49,345 bases of DNA, taken from contig NC_057757.1 in assembly GCF_004010195.1 (NCBI RefSeq), forward strand, positions 5,078,416 through 5,127,760, given 5' to 3'. Below the pieces are notes generated by a model that searched no databases, had not been told where the DNA came from, and saw nothing but the letters and a program-made list of their open reading frames with translations. The stretch is from Chiloscyllium plagiosum. Its lineage: Eukaryota. This document shows, one piece after another, positions 36,015 through 48,082 of the stretch; position 1 is the first letter of the stretch; every line of letters begins with the position of its first letter. Made by a program: the position numbers and the translations under genes.

Positions 36015-36750
36015 TGAACTGAAAACAGAAAATGCTGGTGATCACAGTGGGTCAGGTAGCATCCATGGAGGGAGAGCAAGCTAAGGCTTCGACCCTCGAT
36101 GACTCTTCGTCAGAGCTGGTGGGAACTGTGGTGGGGACAGCATTCCTGCAATAGTTCGGGGAGAGGGTGGAATGGTGAGAGAGAAAGGGTGTTGATAGTT
36201 CAGGTTAAGTGACTGGAATGTGAGAGTGGCAGAACAATGGTGAGTCTAAAGACTCGTAAGGACAGGTAGTCCCCCTGGGGTGGGGGGGGGGGGGGGGGGA
36301 GGGGAGAGAGGACAGAGCGTGCAACAAGCAAAGCCAGAAGAAAGGGAAGGAATGGGAGTGGGTTCACAATCTGAAGGTGTTGAACTCAATATTAAGTTCA
36401 GAAGGCTATAAAGTGCCTAGTCCGAAGATGAGATGTTTTCCTCTCAGTTTGTGCTGTGACTCACCGGAACACTGCAGCATGCCGAAGACGGACATGTGAG
36501 CATGTGAGCAGGACCCTGTGTTAAGATGACTGGCTACGGGAAGGTCGGGGTCCTGGACTGGAGGTGTTCTGCAAAGCGGTCACCCAGTCTGAGTTTGGTT
36601 TCTCCAATATAGAGTAGACCACATGGGGTGCAGTGAATGGAACGAGCAAGTGAATGGAAGAGGTGCAGGTGAAAAACCCTGCTTCACCTGGAAAGACTGT
36701 TTAGGCCCTTGGATGGTGAGCAGGGAGGAGGTAAAGGGGTACCTTCTGCA
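36015..36750 (-). mobile_element. Penelope-like element 3' fragment with GIY-YIG endonuclease remnant and pLTR
   Basis: Frameshifted minus-strand translation LTIQGPKQSFQVKQ ... IHCTPCGLLYIGETKLRLGDRFAEHL. pLTR-like end at 36015-36120 with CTGACGAAGAGTCATC. Confidence 0.75.
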
Positions 36751-37010
36751 GTTACAAAACATATCGACTTGGACATTGTGGAAAAGACAATAAAACTCTG
36801 CTTTCCTCAGTTGAGCAGAATGCATGCTATTGTGCCACGTTCCAACTGCACAACTGTACTTTAACTATAAGCGCACAGCCTGAGGGGTTCCAGACATTAC
36901 CAGCCCCTTGGGCCCACTAGGGCTCAAAGTGACCTTTCCCTCTCACACTTTGGCAGTGGCTATCCTAAGGTTTAGTTCGTCCCTCAGAATAAAGTCCTGG
37001 CCTTTGATAC

Positions 37011-37210
37011 TAGGTAATAACAATGACTGCAGATGCTGGAAACCAGAGTCTAGATTAGAGTGGTGCTGGAAAAGCACAGCAGGTCAGGCAGCATCCGAGG
37101 AGCAGGAAAATCATCAGGAATGAAGGGCTTTTGCCCGAAACGTCGATTTTACTGCTCCTCGGATGCTGCCTGAACTGCTGTGCTTTTCCAGCACCACTCT
37201 AATCTAGATT
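37011..37210. mobile_element. Penelope-like short element with ~65-bp inverted arms
   Basis: TCTAGATTAGAGTGGTGCTGGAAAAGCACAGCAGGTCAGGCAGCATCCGAGGAGCAGG and its near reverse complement surround GAAGGGCTTTTGCCCGAAACGTCG; imperfect TSD CTGGCCTT(T/G)GAT(A/G)C. Confidence 0.7.
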
Positions 37211-37454
37211 CTGGCCTTGGATGCTGCCAGAATGTAATACTTAGTTCAAGACAACTTCTGGCAGTTGGAGACCCACATGTTTCAGGAAGATTACAGACTG
37301 TTTTTCATTCAGTCGATGGTCCTCCAAAGCACAGTCGATGATTGTCTCCATGTGTGTCCTGGGGAAAAGCCCGTAGAGTTCTGCGTCACTAGCTATGTAG
37401 GACAAAATCGCAACAAAATCTCTCTCCAGACCTTTGCAAATACACATCCCAGAT

Positions 37455-38280
37455 GGAGATAGAACCATAGAGATGTACAGCACGGAAACAGACCTTTCGG
37501 TCCAACCCATCTATGCCAACCAGGTATTCTAAACTAATCTAGTCCCATTTGCCAGCATTTGACCCATATCCCTCTCAATCTTTCCTGCTCATATAATCAT
37601 CCAGACGCCTTTTAAATGTTGTAATTGTACCAGCCTTCAGCACTTCCTTTGGCAGCTCATTCCATGCATGCACCACCCTCTGCATGAAAAAGTTGCCCCT
37701 TATGTCCCTTTTAAACCTTTCCCCTCTCACCCTATGCCCCTCTAGTTCTGGACTCCCCGACCCCAGGGAAAATACCTTGGCTATTTACCCTATCCACACC
37801 CCTCATGACCTCTATAAGGTCACCCCTCAGCCTCCGACACTCCAGGGAAAACAGCCCCAGCCTATTCATGCTCTCCCTGTAGCTCAACCCTCCAACCCTG
37901 GCAATATCCTTGTAAGTCCTTTCTGAACCTTTTCAAGTTTAACAACATCTTTCCTATAGCAGAGAGACCAGAATTGAACACAGTTCTGCGATAACACGAC
38001 AGTTGCGTTCCTCCGTAATCTCGCACTGTAGAAAATTGCACTGTGGAAAACCATTATAGAAAATCGCAATGTAGCAGATCGCTAATAGAAAGTCATTATA
38101 TCCATTCAGTAGAAAGTTTGTGTTATCCAATTCGTTAATCGCATTATAGCTAACTCGGGTTAATGAAACTTGCATTATACGTGAACGACCCATATTCCAA
38201 AAGTGGCCTAACCAATGTCATGTACAGCTGCAACATGACCTCCAACTCCTACACTCAATGCATTAACCATTATCCTGCCT
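37455..38280 (-). mobile_element. CR1 LINE 3' fragment
   Basis: CVQFWSLCYRKDVVKLEKVQKGLTRILPGLEG on the minus strand; CR1 3' UTR near 37460-37570. Confidence 0.85.
37981..38192. mobile_element. Non-autonomous DNA transposon (Tigger/Tc1-mariner-like MITE) inside CR1
   Basis: Interrupts the CR1 at CAG|TATTCCAAAAGTGG; imperfect terminal inverted similarity GTTCTGCGATAAC / TTATACGTGAAC. Confidence 0.5.
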
Positions 38281-39096
38281 ACCTGCGACTCCACTTTCAG
38301 TGAACCATTCACCTGCTCCTCGTGGTCTCTTTGTGTGACAGTCTCTTCCCCCACCCCTGTAGCCACCTCGGTGGCACTGAGTGTCTGGGCATGCGTGAAG
38401 GATCTCACAGGTAATGCCCGTCTCACCACCAGCCAAACCATGTCTTGGTGCATGTTGCAAAGCTTTGGTGACGAGGAGTTCTGCCAAATGACTTCGACAG
38501 TCTGCCCAGGGAACAACCCAAAGGGATCCACCCTTGACATTTACGCCTCCCAGACTGAGAATAACAAAATGGTCAGGTCTTACAGCATACGACAGATGGG
38601 AGCAGTCAACGAAGGCGATCAACTCTTACGAGATAATGTAAGACATTGGCTGGGAAGTTGTGGGGGGGTTGGGGATATAAAGCAAGACTTACAGAGCATG
38701 ATCTTGTTGTAACATAGCAGCCATGATCGAGTGGTGGAGCAGGCTCAAAGGGCAGAATGGCCTAATTCTGCTCTTATATTTTATGGTCGTATCTTTTAAC
38801 AGGCAACAAATGGTTGGGGCACCATGAGGAATGGACAAATTGGTGACCAATGGCAGGAGAGTAAGGAGCTTGGGCGTTTGGGCACAGGTGGGTCACATGA
38901 CTGTGTTTCTAAGGGTGTGCCCCACTGATGTGGATGAGCTGAACATCCAGGTAGGTTGGGGAATGGAGGTCAGCACCATGTTGGCTCCTGTTCCACTTGG
39001 ACACAGTAAACCTACCTGCTCACTCAGTCAACAGGGAGCCAATCAGAGGAGCAGGGGATGGTTCAGATCAATCCACTCTTGGGACCGAGCTCTTAC

Positions 39097-39201
39097 CTCA
39101 TACAGGGTTTCTTTCTCCACGAGTCTGAACGGGGCTGGGTCAATGACACACTCATCCAGCTTCAGCACCTCCTGCAGCTGAGCGTATTCCCAATTCTCCA
39201 C
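39097..39201 (-). CDS. CLC chloride channel exon, start of CBS2 (105 nt)
   Basis: Acceptor TTTTCTGGGTGCAG|GTG; donor GAG|GTAAGA. VENWEYAQLQEVLKLDECVIDPAPFRLVEKETLYE aligns with CLCN2 [35 protein letters not shown]. Confidence 0.92.
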
Positions 39202-39339
39202 CTGCACCCAGAAAAGAAGATCAAACCTCATTTGTTTTAGAAAAGCACAGTCAAGTTTTGAGTCTGGGCCTGGAGGGGCTGGCCTATCAGAATCAACCAC
39301 AGCAATGTGTCAGAAACACACTGAAGTCAGCACTCAGGA

Positions 39340-39995
39340 ATAGGATGGTTTAGATAAAGCTTAGAGTAAAGGCCTTTCCACACTTTCACCATACTCCCAG
39401 GACAGCTACAGCATGGAGCTAGATACAGAGTAAAGCTCCCTCTACTGTCTCCCATCAAACACTCCCAGGACAAGGACAGCACAGGGTTAGATACAGAGTA
39501 AAGCTCCCTCTACACTGTCTCCCATCAAACACTCCTAGGACAAGGACAGCACGGGGTTAGATACAGAATAAAGCTCCCTCTACTGTCTCCCATCAAACAC
39601 TCCCAGGACAGGGACAGCACGGGGTGAGATACAGAGTAAAGCTAGCTCTACACTGTTTCCCATCAAACATTCCTAGGACAGGACAGCACAGGGTTAGATA
39701 CAGAGTAAAGCTCCCTCTACACTGTTTCCCATCAAACACTCCCAGGAACAGGACAGCACAGGGTTAGATACAGAGTAAAGCTCCCTCTACACTGTTTCCC
39801 ATCAAACACTCCCAGGAACAGGATAGCACAGGGTTAAGTACAGAGTAAAGCTCCCTCTACACTGTCCCTCATCAAACACTCCCAGAACAAGGACAGCACA
39901 GGATTAGATACAGAGTAAAGCTCCCTCTACACTGTCCCCCATCAAACACTCCCAGAAAGGGACCGCATGAGGTTAGATACAGATTAAAGCTGCTT
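39340..39995. repeat. ~70-bp minisatellite array
   Basis: Unit GGGTTAGATACAGAGTAAAGCTCCCTCTACACTGTYYCCCATCAAACACTCCCAGGACAGGGACAGCAC, about 9 copies. Confidence 0.95.
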
Positions 39996-40118
39996 CCACA
40001 CATGCCTCTGAGCAGATACAGGAAAGTAGAAGTGGGTTAGAGTATTAGTTTTGTCTCAGGCAGGTTGAAATGTAAGGGATAGAATCCATGGCACAAGGTT
40101 CTGGTCAGTCCTTAACTG

Positions 40119-40250
40119 GAAGAAAGTGAGGACTGCAAATGCTGGAGATCAGGGTCAAAGAGTATGGTGCTGAGAAAGCACAGCTGGTCAGGCAGCAGCC
40201 AAGGAGCAGGAGAGCCAACATTTTGAGCATAAGCTCTTCATCATGAATCT
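40119..40250 (-). mobile_element. Penelope-like pLTR fragment
   Basis: AGAAAGTGAGGACTGCAAATGCTGGAGATCAG...GGTCAGGCAGCAGCCAAGGAGCAGG...AAGCTCTTCATCA; flanking CTGGAAGAA repeat. Confidence 0.55.
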
Positions 40251-41759
40251 GGAAGAACGAGGTTCAATTCCAGGCACCATACCTTCAGGAGGGATTGGTT
40301 TACCCTGGAGAGGGTGCTGCTCAGAGGATAGCTGCACTGGGTCTAAGGGCAACAATGCAAGGATTCCATTCCCTTGAATGCAAAAGGTATGAGGGTGACT
40401 TATTTATGGTGGTTAAACAATTTCATTAGAATTTTTGTTTAATTCTGACACAGGATGTGGGCATTGGTGGCTGCACCAGAATTTGGTTTGGAATCAGCTG
40501 CCTCTTGCACCAGTACACCCACAGTACTATTGAGAAAGGTAGTTATTTCCTTTGGCAAGTGGGGGAGGAGGTCGAGGTGAGGGGGAATCGCCTTAAAATT
40601 GAAGCCAGGTCTTTCAAGGGTAGGATAAGGAAGCACTCGAAGTGTAATGGGAATCTGGAACTCTCTCCTCTCACAAAACAAAACATTGAGGCTGTTGAAA
40701 CTGTTAAAATGGAGACCGATCGGTTTTTATTGGGTAGCAAGATTCAGGGTTCCAATATCAAGACAGGTAACTGGAGCTACGACCAACATTCCCTCAAATT
40801 TTTCTTGTTGCTGCAGGAGTCTCCAAAGTCCTAAATGTTGGGCATGGAGCCTCCCAGCACGTGCTGCCTAGAGGGCATGTTAGCTAGAACCCCCAACAGC
40901 CATGGTCTAACTGAATGGAGGACTGAGCCTGAGGGGCTGAAAGGCCTCCTGCTCCTATGGAGGTCTGAGATTGGATGCAAGCAGATCCTTGATGCAGCTC
41001 TAAGGCTTGGGAGTGTAGGAGACTCCTTCGACCCAGCTCCCAACAACCTTACTAACCCTCTCAGAAGGCAAAATGGGTCTGTCTGTCTACCTGAGGTTAA
41101 ATTGGAAGTTATTAAATGGTTAACCTCCAATGATTCACTTGGGAGCACTGACATTTTCATTCTCATTGACCAATGTATTAATTCTCTTTAGTTTAGATGA
41201 TTGAGGAATACTCCTTTGTCTGTTAACCATAAAGAATCTCTCCCTATTCAAATTTCACAATATTTGGCGACTCATAACATGCCTGGCCCTGGTTTATCAT
41301 ACCCTGTTGTTGCTGGAGATTATGGGTGCTGATGTTAGTCCAGTCCCTCTCCCACTAGATGGCCACCTTGGCTTGGTCAGTACCACTGACCTCTCTGGGT
41401 TAGGGGGCTCTGAAATCTTGGGCTTTAGCATGTCGCACTCAGCTGCCATTCCACTACAGTGCCATGGGGGGGTGCTGTGTGATCCTTTCGGACCCTGTTA
41501 ACTTGGTCATGTGGTGTACGCATAATGTAGCTTTTGGCTCTATTGGAGGGAGAGACCTCCCACTGTCCTGGGCAATATTAATCAAATTCCTCCAAAGACA
41601 AAATGCATCATTCATTCCCACTTAATCCTTGTAGGATCTTGTTATGTACAACATTTGCTGCCAAGTTAGCCTCAGCAACAAAAGGAAAATGCTGTGATGA
41701 CATGAAAGGTAAATAAAAGTTAGCTCTTTCTTCACTACTGAATACAAAAACATCATTAC

Positions 41760-41798
41760 CTCCCATGTGGTCATCGTGTCCAAGACCTCCTCTCCGTC
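41760..41798 (-). CDS. CLC chloride channel exon (39 nt, phase 0 to 0)
   Basis: Acceptor CTTTTGTTCCAG|GAC; donor GAG|GTAATG. Encodes DGEEVLDTMTTWE (compare CLCN2 DADLEGEMSPEE). Confidence 0.8.
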
Positions 41799-42014
41799 CT
41801 GGAACAAAAGTCAAATTAAAAGCATTTATTGAGACAATGAGCATTGTTCAATCATTTAATATAAAGTTTAGGACTATGTAGAGGATTCCTCATCTCTGCT
41901 TTTCAGGGGGGGACATGTAGTTTGGACAAATTAATTGACCCAGCTGTTGGGAACCCATACATTTATGTATGATGAGAACTGGAAAACGGAGTTCTGGACA
42001 TTACTGGATTAGTC

Positions 42015-42515
42015 ATAGAGTCATAGAGATCTTGAGCACATTTGGAAAGTACTCATCAAAAACAATCACCTAACTATTCTAATTTCATTTTCAAGCACTT
42101 CCAATAGCATTGTATGTCTCAGCATTGCATGTGCACATTTAAATATTTCCTAAGTGTTATGAAAAGTTTCTGCCTTTACCACCATGACAAGCAGTGAGAT
42201 CCAGATACCCACATTCCCAGGGGATATGTTTCCTCATATCCCCTCTAAACATCCTGCCCCTTATCTTAAATCCATTCCCCCGGGCGTTGGTCCCTCCACC
42301 AAGGGGAAATATTCCTTCTTGTCTCCCCAGTCTGTGCCCCTCATAATTCCATACATCTCAAACACATTCACCCCTCGTCTTCTCTGTTCCAAGGAAAACA
42401 ATCCCAGCCTGTCCAATCTCTATTCATAACTGAAATTCTCCAGCCCAGGCAACATCCTGGTAAATCTCTCCAGATGGGCAACATCCTGGTAAATCTTCTC
42501 TGCACATTCTCCAGA
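42015..42515 (-). mobile_element. CR1 3' fragment
   Basis: LENVQRRFTRML on the minus strand; (CATAGAGT)n tail; small internal 29-bp duplication near 42448-42497. Confidence 0.75.
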
Positions 42516-42519
42516 GTTA

Positions 42520-42840
42520 TGGAATCCCTACAGGGTGAAAACAGACCCTTCAGCCCAACAAGTCCACACCAACCCTCCAAAGAGTAACCCACCCAGACCC
42601 ATTCCCCTACTCTACATTTACCACTGACAAATGCACCTAAACTACACATCCCTGAACACTATGGGCAATTTAGCATGGCCAATTCACCTAACCTGCACAT
42701 GTTTGGACTGTGGGAGGAAACCGGAGCACCCGCAAACACAGGAAGAATGTGCAAACTCCACACAGGCAGTCACCCGATCGAACCCAGGTCCCTGACGCTG
42801 TGAGGCAACAGTGCCAACTACTGAGCCACTGTGCCACCTC
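42520..42840 (-). mobile_element. HE1-like SINE
   Basis: Minus-strand GGTGGCACAGTGGCTCAGTAG head and family core. Confidence 0.8.
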
Positions 42841-43423
42841 CATCTTTGAACATGGGTGTGTGCGTGTGTGTAATGAAGGGGTTTAGTTTAATTTCCACAG
42901 TAGCTTAGCTGCCATCCAGTTTGCCACTTGTTTGACTAGTTCTGCTTATAGTAAATGTGCTATTTTTGAGTTTACTGGAAACGCCTGGTGAAAGTCTCTT
43001 GTTGTTCCAGTTAACTGTAATAAAGAGAAACAAATTGACCATTTGGGTGTTTGAATAAAAGATTTGCACTCTTGGTACAGCACGAGGAGAAGTGGGATTC
43101 AATTTCCAGTGTGATCCTCCCTTCAGAGATATAAGACTACCAAGAGGGAATTACCTGCTTTAGCCTTGTCTGATTGGTTGGTATGAGGAGCTCCATGGAG
43201 CGTATTGGTCTCCCGTGTTTTTAATGCATCGACCCCACGCCAGAGTCAATGGGCAGTGCAGGTGGCCCAACCAGTGCCCTACCCATACCTCACTGGGCAG
43301 CACTCCTCCCTCACCACCCTGTCATCGCCCCTCGCAGCAAATAGACCGATTTGCCAGATGGACGTTAAGACTCCTTCCTCCCTGCACTGCAGTCCCATTT
43401 GAATTAATATCCTCCCTCATTAC

Positions 43424-43492
43424 CACAGTGTAGCAACGAAACCTCTTCTGCTTGCTCGATTTTGATGGGCGATTTTCTTGAATCGTTTTGGC
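43424..43492 (-). CDS. CLC chloride channel, linker exon (69 nt, phase 0 to 0)
   Basis: Acceptor TTTTATCCTTGACAG|GCC; donor GTG|GTAATG. Encodes AKTIQENRPSKSSKQKRFRCYTV, whose basic KQKRFR patch recalls CLCN2 KLKRVRI. Confidence 0.7.
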
Positions 43493-43901
43493 CTGTCAAG
43501 GATAAAAGACTAGTGAGGATTTTTTTTTTTGAAAAACTACCCCTCTCCCCTATATTGATAGCCCTTGAGTCCTTTCCGTCTCTTGTCAGGAAGCCCAGCT
43601 TAGAAGGAGATTGGGAGAGTTACTTCCATCTCTGAGGTGTGCTCTGTTCTGTGCAGACTCACCCTCCGAGCTCCCTTTACACCGGTCTCAGAGGATTGTC
43701 CATCCCAGTAACTCAGTGAAAGCCAACGGAGCAGAAGACCTGTGCTCTACCTAACTGAGCCTTCGGGAGCAGGGTTCGGTATAACAACAGCTTGAGGAGG
43801 CCACTCCCATAGAAGTCCCTCTATCCTTTCCGGAGGCTCAGCAGAGAAGACAATTGAAGTTACTGGTTGAATGGGTCTAGGAAAAGCCCCTAGTGTCCTA
43901 C

Positions 43902-43966
43902 CTCTTCGTTCTCAATGTAGATGTTGTCTTCTCGGTTTAACTGCTGGGTCTCTGGAGGTTGGGCAT
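43902..43966 (-). CDS. CLC chloride channel, linker exon (65 nt, phase 1 to 0)
   Basis: Acceptor TCTTTATTGCAG|AT; donor GAG|GTAGGA. Encodes AQPPETQQLNREDNIYIENEE. Confidence 0.65.
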
Positions 43967-44639
43967 CTGCAATAAAGATTCAATAAATGTGGGGTGGGTG
44001 GCCTTTGTAATAATGTAGGACTGTGTTCAGTTCTGGTCAGCAAGCTTAAAGGGTTAATCAATGAGGTTCGATTACATAGACTGGGCTTGAGTTCCCTCAA
44101 GCTTTGAAGATCAAGTATGCGTCTAATTAAGGCATTTAGGATGATTGGCTTGGACAGATGGAGAGAAATTACTTCCTCCCTTTGAGGCAGTTCAGACTAA
44201 CAGGCAATATCTTAACACTCTTAAGCCGAGCCAACCAGGAATGATGCCAAAAAGCAGTTTGTTATTCAGAAGGGAGTGGGAATAGGGAGCTTCCTCTAAC
44301 CCTCCTGTATGTGGGTGCTGGAGGCTCAGCTGAAAATATCAAAATGGAGATGCACGTCAGGAGAGCTGGTTCAGACAGAACGGGCTGAATGACCTCCTTC
44401 TGGGAGATTGATGGAATGTAGTTGGGTGGAAGGGATATTAAGGGTTACAGAAGCTAGGTGGATACATTGAGCTAAAATACAGATCAGCCCTGGGATTATT
44501 GAATGAGAGAGCAGGCTGGAGGAGTTGAATGCTTCCCTGCCCCCCCCCCCCCGCCCCCCACCGTCCTGGTATTCTCATCACAGTCTTGAGATCAGGAATA
44601 ATTGTGGCTGGTTTTATCTTAAGAAGTTGTTATGAAGGG

Positions 44640-45260
44640 GTAAGGTGTTTTGGCTTTCATTAACAGGGGGATTAAGTTTAAGAGCCACGAGGTTAAAACC
44701 CTGGTTAGACTACACTTGGAATATTGTGTCCAGATCTGGTCCCCACATTATAGGAAGGATGTAGATGCTTTAGAGAGGGTGCAGAGGAGATTTACCAGGA
44801 TGCTGCCTGGATTGGAGGGCTTGTCTTATGAAGAGAGGTTCAGTGAGCTGGGGCTTTCCACACTGGAGAGAAGGAGGAAGAGAAGTGACGATGGAGGTGT
44901 ACAAGATAATGAGAGGCGTAGATAGAGTAGACAGTCAGAGACATTTCCCCAGGGCAGAAATGGCTGTCACAGGGGGTCATAATTTTAAGGTGATTGAGGA
45001 AAGGTCTAGGGGAGATGTCAGCAGTAAGTTCTTTACCCAGAGATTGGTGGGTGTGTGCAATGCACTGTCAGCAGTGGTAGTAGAGTCAGGGACATTAGGG
45101 ACATTTAAGCGACTGCTGGACAAGCACATGGACGGCAGTAAATTGAGGGGTGTGTAGGTTGGGTTGATCTTAGATTGATTAAATGCTCGGCACAACACCA
45201 TGGGCCAAAGGGCCTGTACTGTTTTATGTTTCATGTTCCATGTTCCATGTTCTATGTTCT
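44640..45260 (+). mobile_element. CR1 LINE 3' fragment
   Basis: KTLVRLHLEYCVQIWSPHYRKDVDALERVQRRFTRMLPGLEGLSYEER; (TGTTCCA)n tail. Confidence 0.9.
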
Positions 45261-45559
45261 AATTTGCCCAGTGGGTTGCTACACAGGGGTTGGTTAGCAT
45301 CAGTTAGCTGGACAGCTGGTGAGTGAACCTAACTGTGTGGGTTCAATTCCTATACCAGCTGAGGATACCAAAAAGGCCTCACCTTCTCAACCTTGCCCCT
45401 TGCCTGAGATATGGTGACCCTCAGGTTAAATCCTCACCAGTCATCTCTCTGTCCAATGACAGAGCAGTTCTACAGTTCTCTAAGACTACAGTGACTTTAC
45501 TTTAACAATTGGCCCTAGAGACCAGGCCCTACATCATTTGTTCTTTAAAATTTAATAAT

Positions 45560-46760
45560 AATCAAAGGCATTTGGAATACTGTGCTCAATTCTGGTCTCC
45601 CAGCTATAGGAAAGATGTTGTTAAACTTAAAAGGGTTCCGAAAAGATTTACAAGGATGTTGCTGGGTGAAGCTAAATAGGCTGGGACTATTTTCCTGGAC
45701 TGTCAGAGGCTGAGGGATGATCTTGCAGAGGTTTATAAGATCATGAGAGGCATGGATAGGGCAAACAGCCAAGGTCTTTTCCCCCAGAGTAGAGAAGTCC
45801 AAAGCTAGAGGATAAAGGTTTAAGGTGGAGGGGAAAGATTTAAAAGGGACCTAAGGGGCAATGTTTTCAAGCAGAATGTAGGTGGCGTATGGAACAAGCT
45901 GCTGGAGGAAGTGGTGGAGGCTGGTACAATTACATTTAAAAGGGGTCTGGATGGGTACATGAATAGGAAGGGTTTGGAGGGATATGGGCCAAATGCTGAC
46001 AATGGGATTAAATTTATTTAGGATGTATGGTCAACATGCATGATTTGGACCGAAGGGTCAGTTTCTGTGCTGTAGAACTCTATGATTCTATGACTTGTGG
46101 ATAGGTTGGTGGAATGGACGGAGGAGAGATAGATGTAATTTAGTGCAGAGAAGCTTAATTCTTCCCATTATTTTGAGCGACAAGATAAATAAAGAATACA
46201 ACTCCAAAGCGAGAGCAGGAGCAGAGGGATCTGGATGCGTACGTACATAATTCATTGAAGGTGTCAGGACAAATTGAGGGCACAGTTAGTAAAGCATACT
46301 GTATCCCTGGCTTCCTTAATAGAGGTATAGAGTTCACAAGCAAGGAGATTCTGTTGAACTGGTGTAAGACACTAGTCCAGCCTCAGCTCAGTATTGTGTA
46401 CCGTTCTGGGCATCACATTTCAAGAGAAATGCCAGGAAATGAGAGAAAGTGCAGAAAATATTGAGGAGACTGATTCCAGGGATGGGGAACTTCAGTCACG
46501 TGGACAGATTGGAGAAGTTGGGACTCTCTTCATTAGAGAAGGCTGAGAGCTGTTCAAAATCATACAGGGAGTGGACAGGGAGAGACCGTTCCCATTGGTG
46601 GAAGGATTGGGAATGAGATGGTCGCACTTTAGGGTCATTGCCAAAAGAAGCAATGGCGAGATAAGGAGAAACCTTTACACACAGTGGGTGGTTAGGGTCT
46701 GGAATGTACTGCTTGAGAGCGTGATGGAGGCAGACTCAGTCGAGGGGGGACGGGCACTAA
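45560..46760 (+). mobile_element. Two adjacent CR1 3' fragments
   Basis: 45560-46095 ends CTATGATTCTATGA; 46100-46760 is older (LNRGIEFTSKEILLNWCKTLV; NLYTQWVVRVWN). Confidence 0.8.
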
Positions 46761-47399
46761 ATGAATTGCCCATTTGGAGAGCTGTCGCTACTACAATGCA
46801 CCAAACGGATCCCTTCTGTGTTGTAACCACTCTGCGTATTTGAATGCATACTTTCAGTCTGACTCCAGTGCCTTTGATTGGTTGGTTGGCGTGTTGGTTT
46901 CATGTCCTCACTCCCTGGTGCATGTGGGGAGTGGGGGGGTTGGGAGTGCTGGGGGTGGGGAAGAAAATCCAAGGAGTTTCAGAGGTGCGAGACAGCAAAG
47001 GTGAAGGACAGATTGACAGATTGGATCCATGAGAGTCAGCAATGGAGCAGAATCAGAGAACTGTTCCAATCATTGGCACATCATCTTTGACATCAAAACC
47101 TTCAAGAAGATGGACTGGCAGGTAACTGGGGAGAGCAATGAGAGGCTGGAAGAGCATGGGAAAGGATAGGAGAATAGAATGTGAATTGAATAAGTCCCAA
47201 TACCCACCCCACCCCATCCAAGTTTTTAAAAATTCCTTCATGGAATGTGGGCGTCACTGGCTAGGCCCCAGCATTTATTGACCGTCCCTAATTGCCCCGA
47301 GGGCAGTTAAGAGTTAACCACATTGCTGTGGGTCTGGAGTCATATATAAGCCAGACCAGGTAAGGGTGGTAGATTCCTTAAAGGCATTAGTAAAGCAGA

Positions 47400-47725
47400 T
47401 AGAAGCCCTACAGTGTGGAAGCAGGCCATTCAGCCCTTCGAGTCCACCGGGACCCTCCAAAGAGCATCCCACCCAGACCCACCCTGCTATTTTTGTAACC
47501 CTGCACTTCCCAAGGTTAACCCACCTAGCCTGCACATCGCTGGACACCACGCAACAATTTAGCATGACCAATCAACCTAATCTGCACATCTTTGTGACTG
47601 TGGGAGGAAACCCACACAGACATGGGGAAAATGTGCAAACTCCACACAGACAATCACCCAAGGCTGGAATCGAACCCAGGTCCCTGGCACTGTGAGGCAG
47701 CACTACTAATCACTGAGCCACCCCA
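47400..47725 (-). mobile_element. HE1-like SINE
   Basis: Minus-strand GGTGGCTCAGTG...GGTTCGATTCCAGCCTTGGGTGA head. Confidence 0.8.
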
Positions 47726-48082
47726 AATAGGCTTTTAATACAGTAGTTGCTATGGTCAACATTAACTGAAACTACTTGTCAGTTGCAGTTTTTATTAAGT
47801 GAAGTAAACTCATCCAGAAGTTATGGTAGAATTTGAACACCCACCTCTGAATTACAAGTAACATGGCCACTGTACTATCATGCCTTGTACAAATACACCC
47901 ACAGGCACAGAAAGCAATGCAGACACATTTACACATGCACAGAACCTAATGTAAAAATTGAACATACAATACAGGAGTAAATGCAAAATTACCTGGGGAC
48001 CCAAGTCTATAGACACAATGCACAAGCATATCCCCAGGAAAGAATATAAATACATTCACAGATACGTATGTACATGACTCAC

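Larger units (their letters stand above)
36760..38540 (-). mobile_element. Tx1/L1-clade LINE remnant (host of nested insertions)
   Basis: KLCNMHQDMVWLVVRRALPVRSFTHAQTL and LYGLFPRTH segments homologous to the 22650-24460 element; AATAAAG end near 35975. Confidence 0.55.

Noticed and set aside
47993..48006. Possible 14-nt CLC micro-exon (TAG|ACTTGGGTCCCCAG|GTAATT)
   Set aside because: Inclusion would shift the frame and hit a stop in the 43902-43966 exon. The chain is phase-consistent without it.
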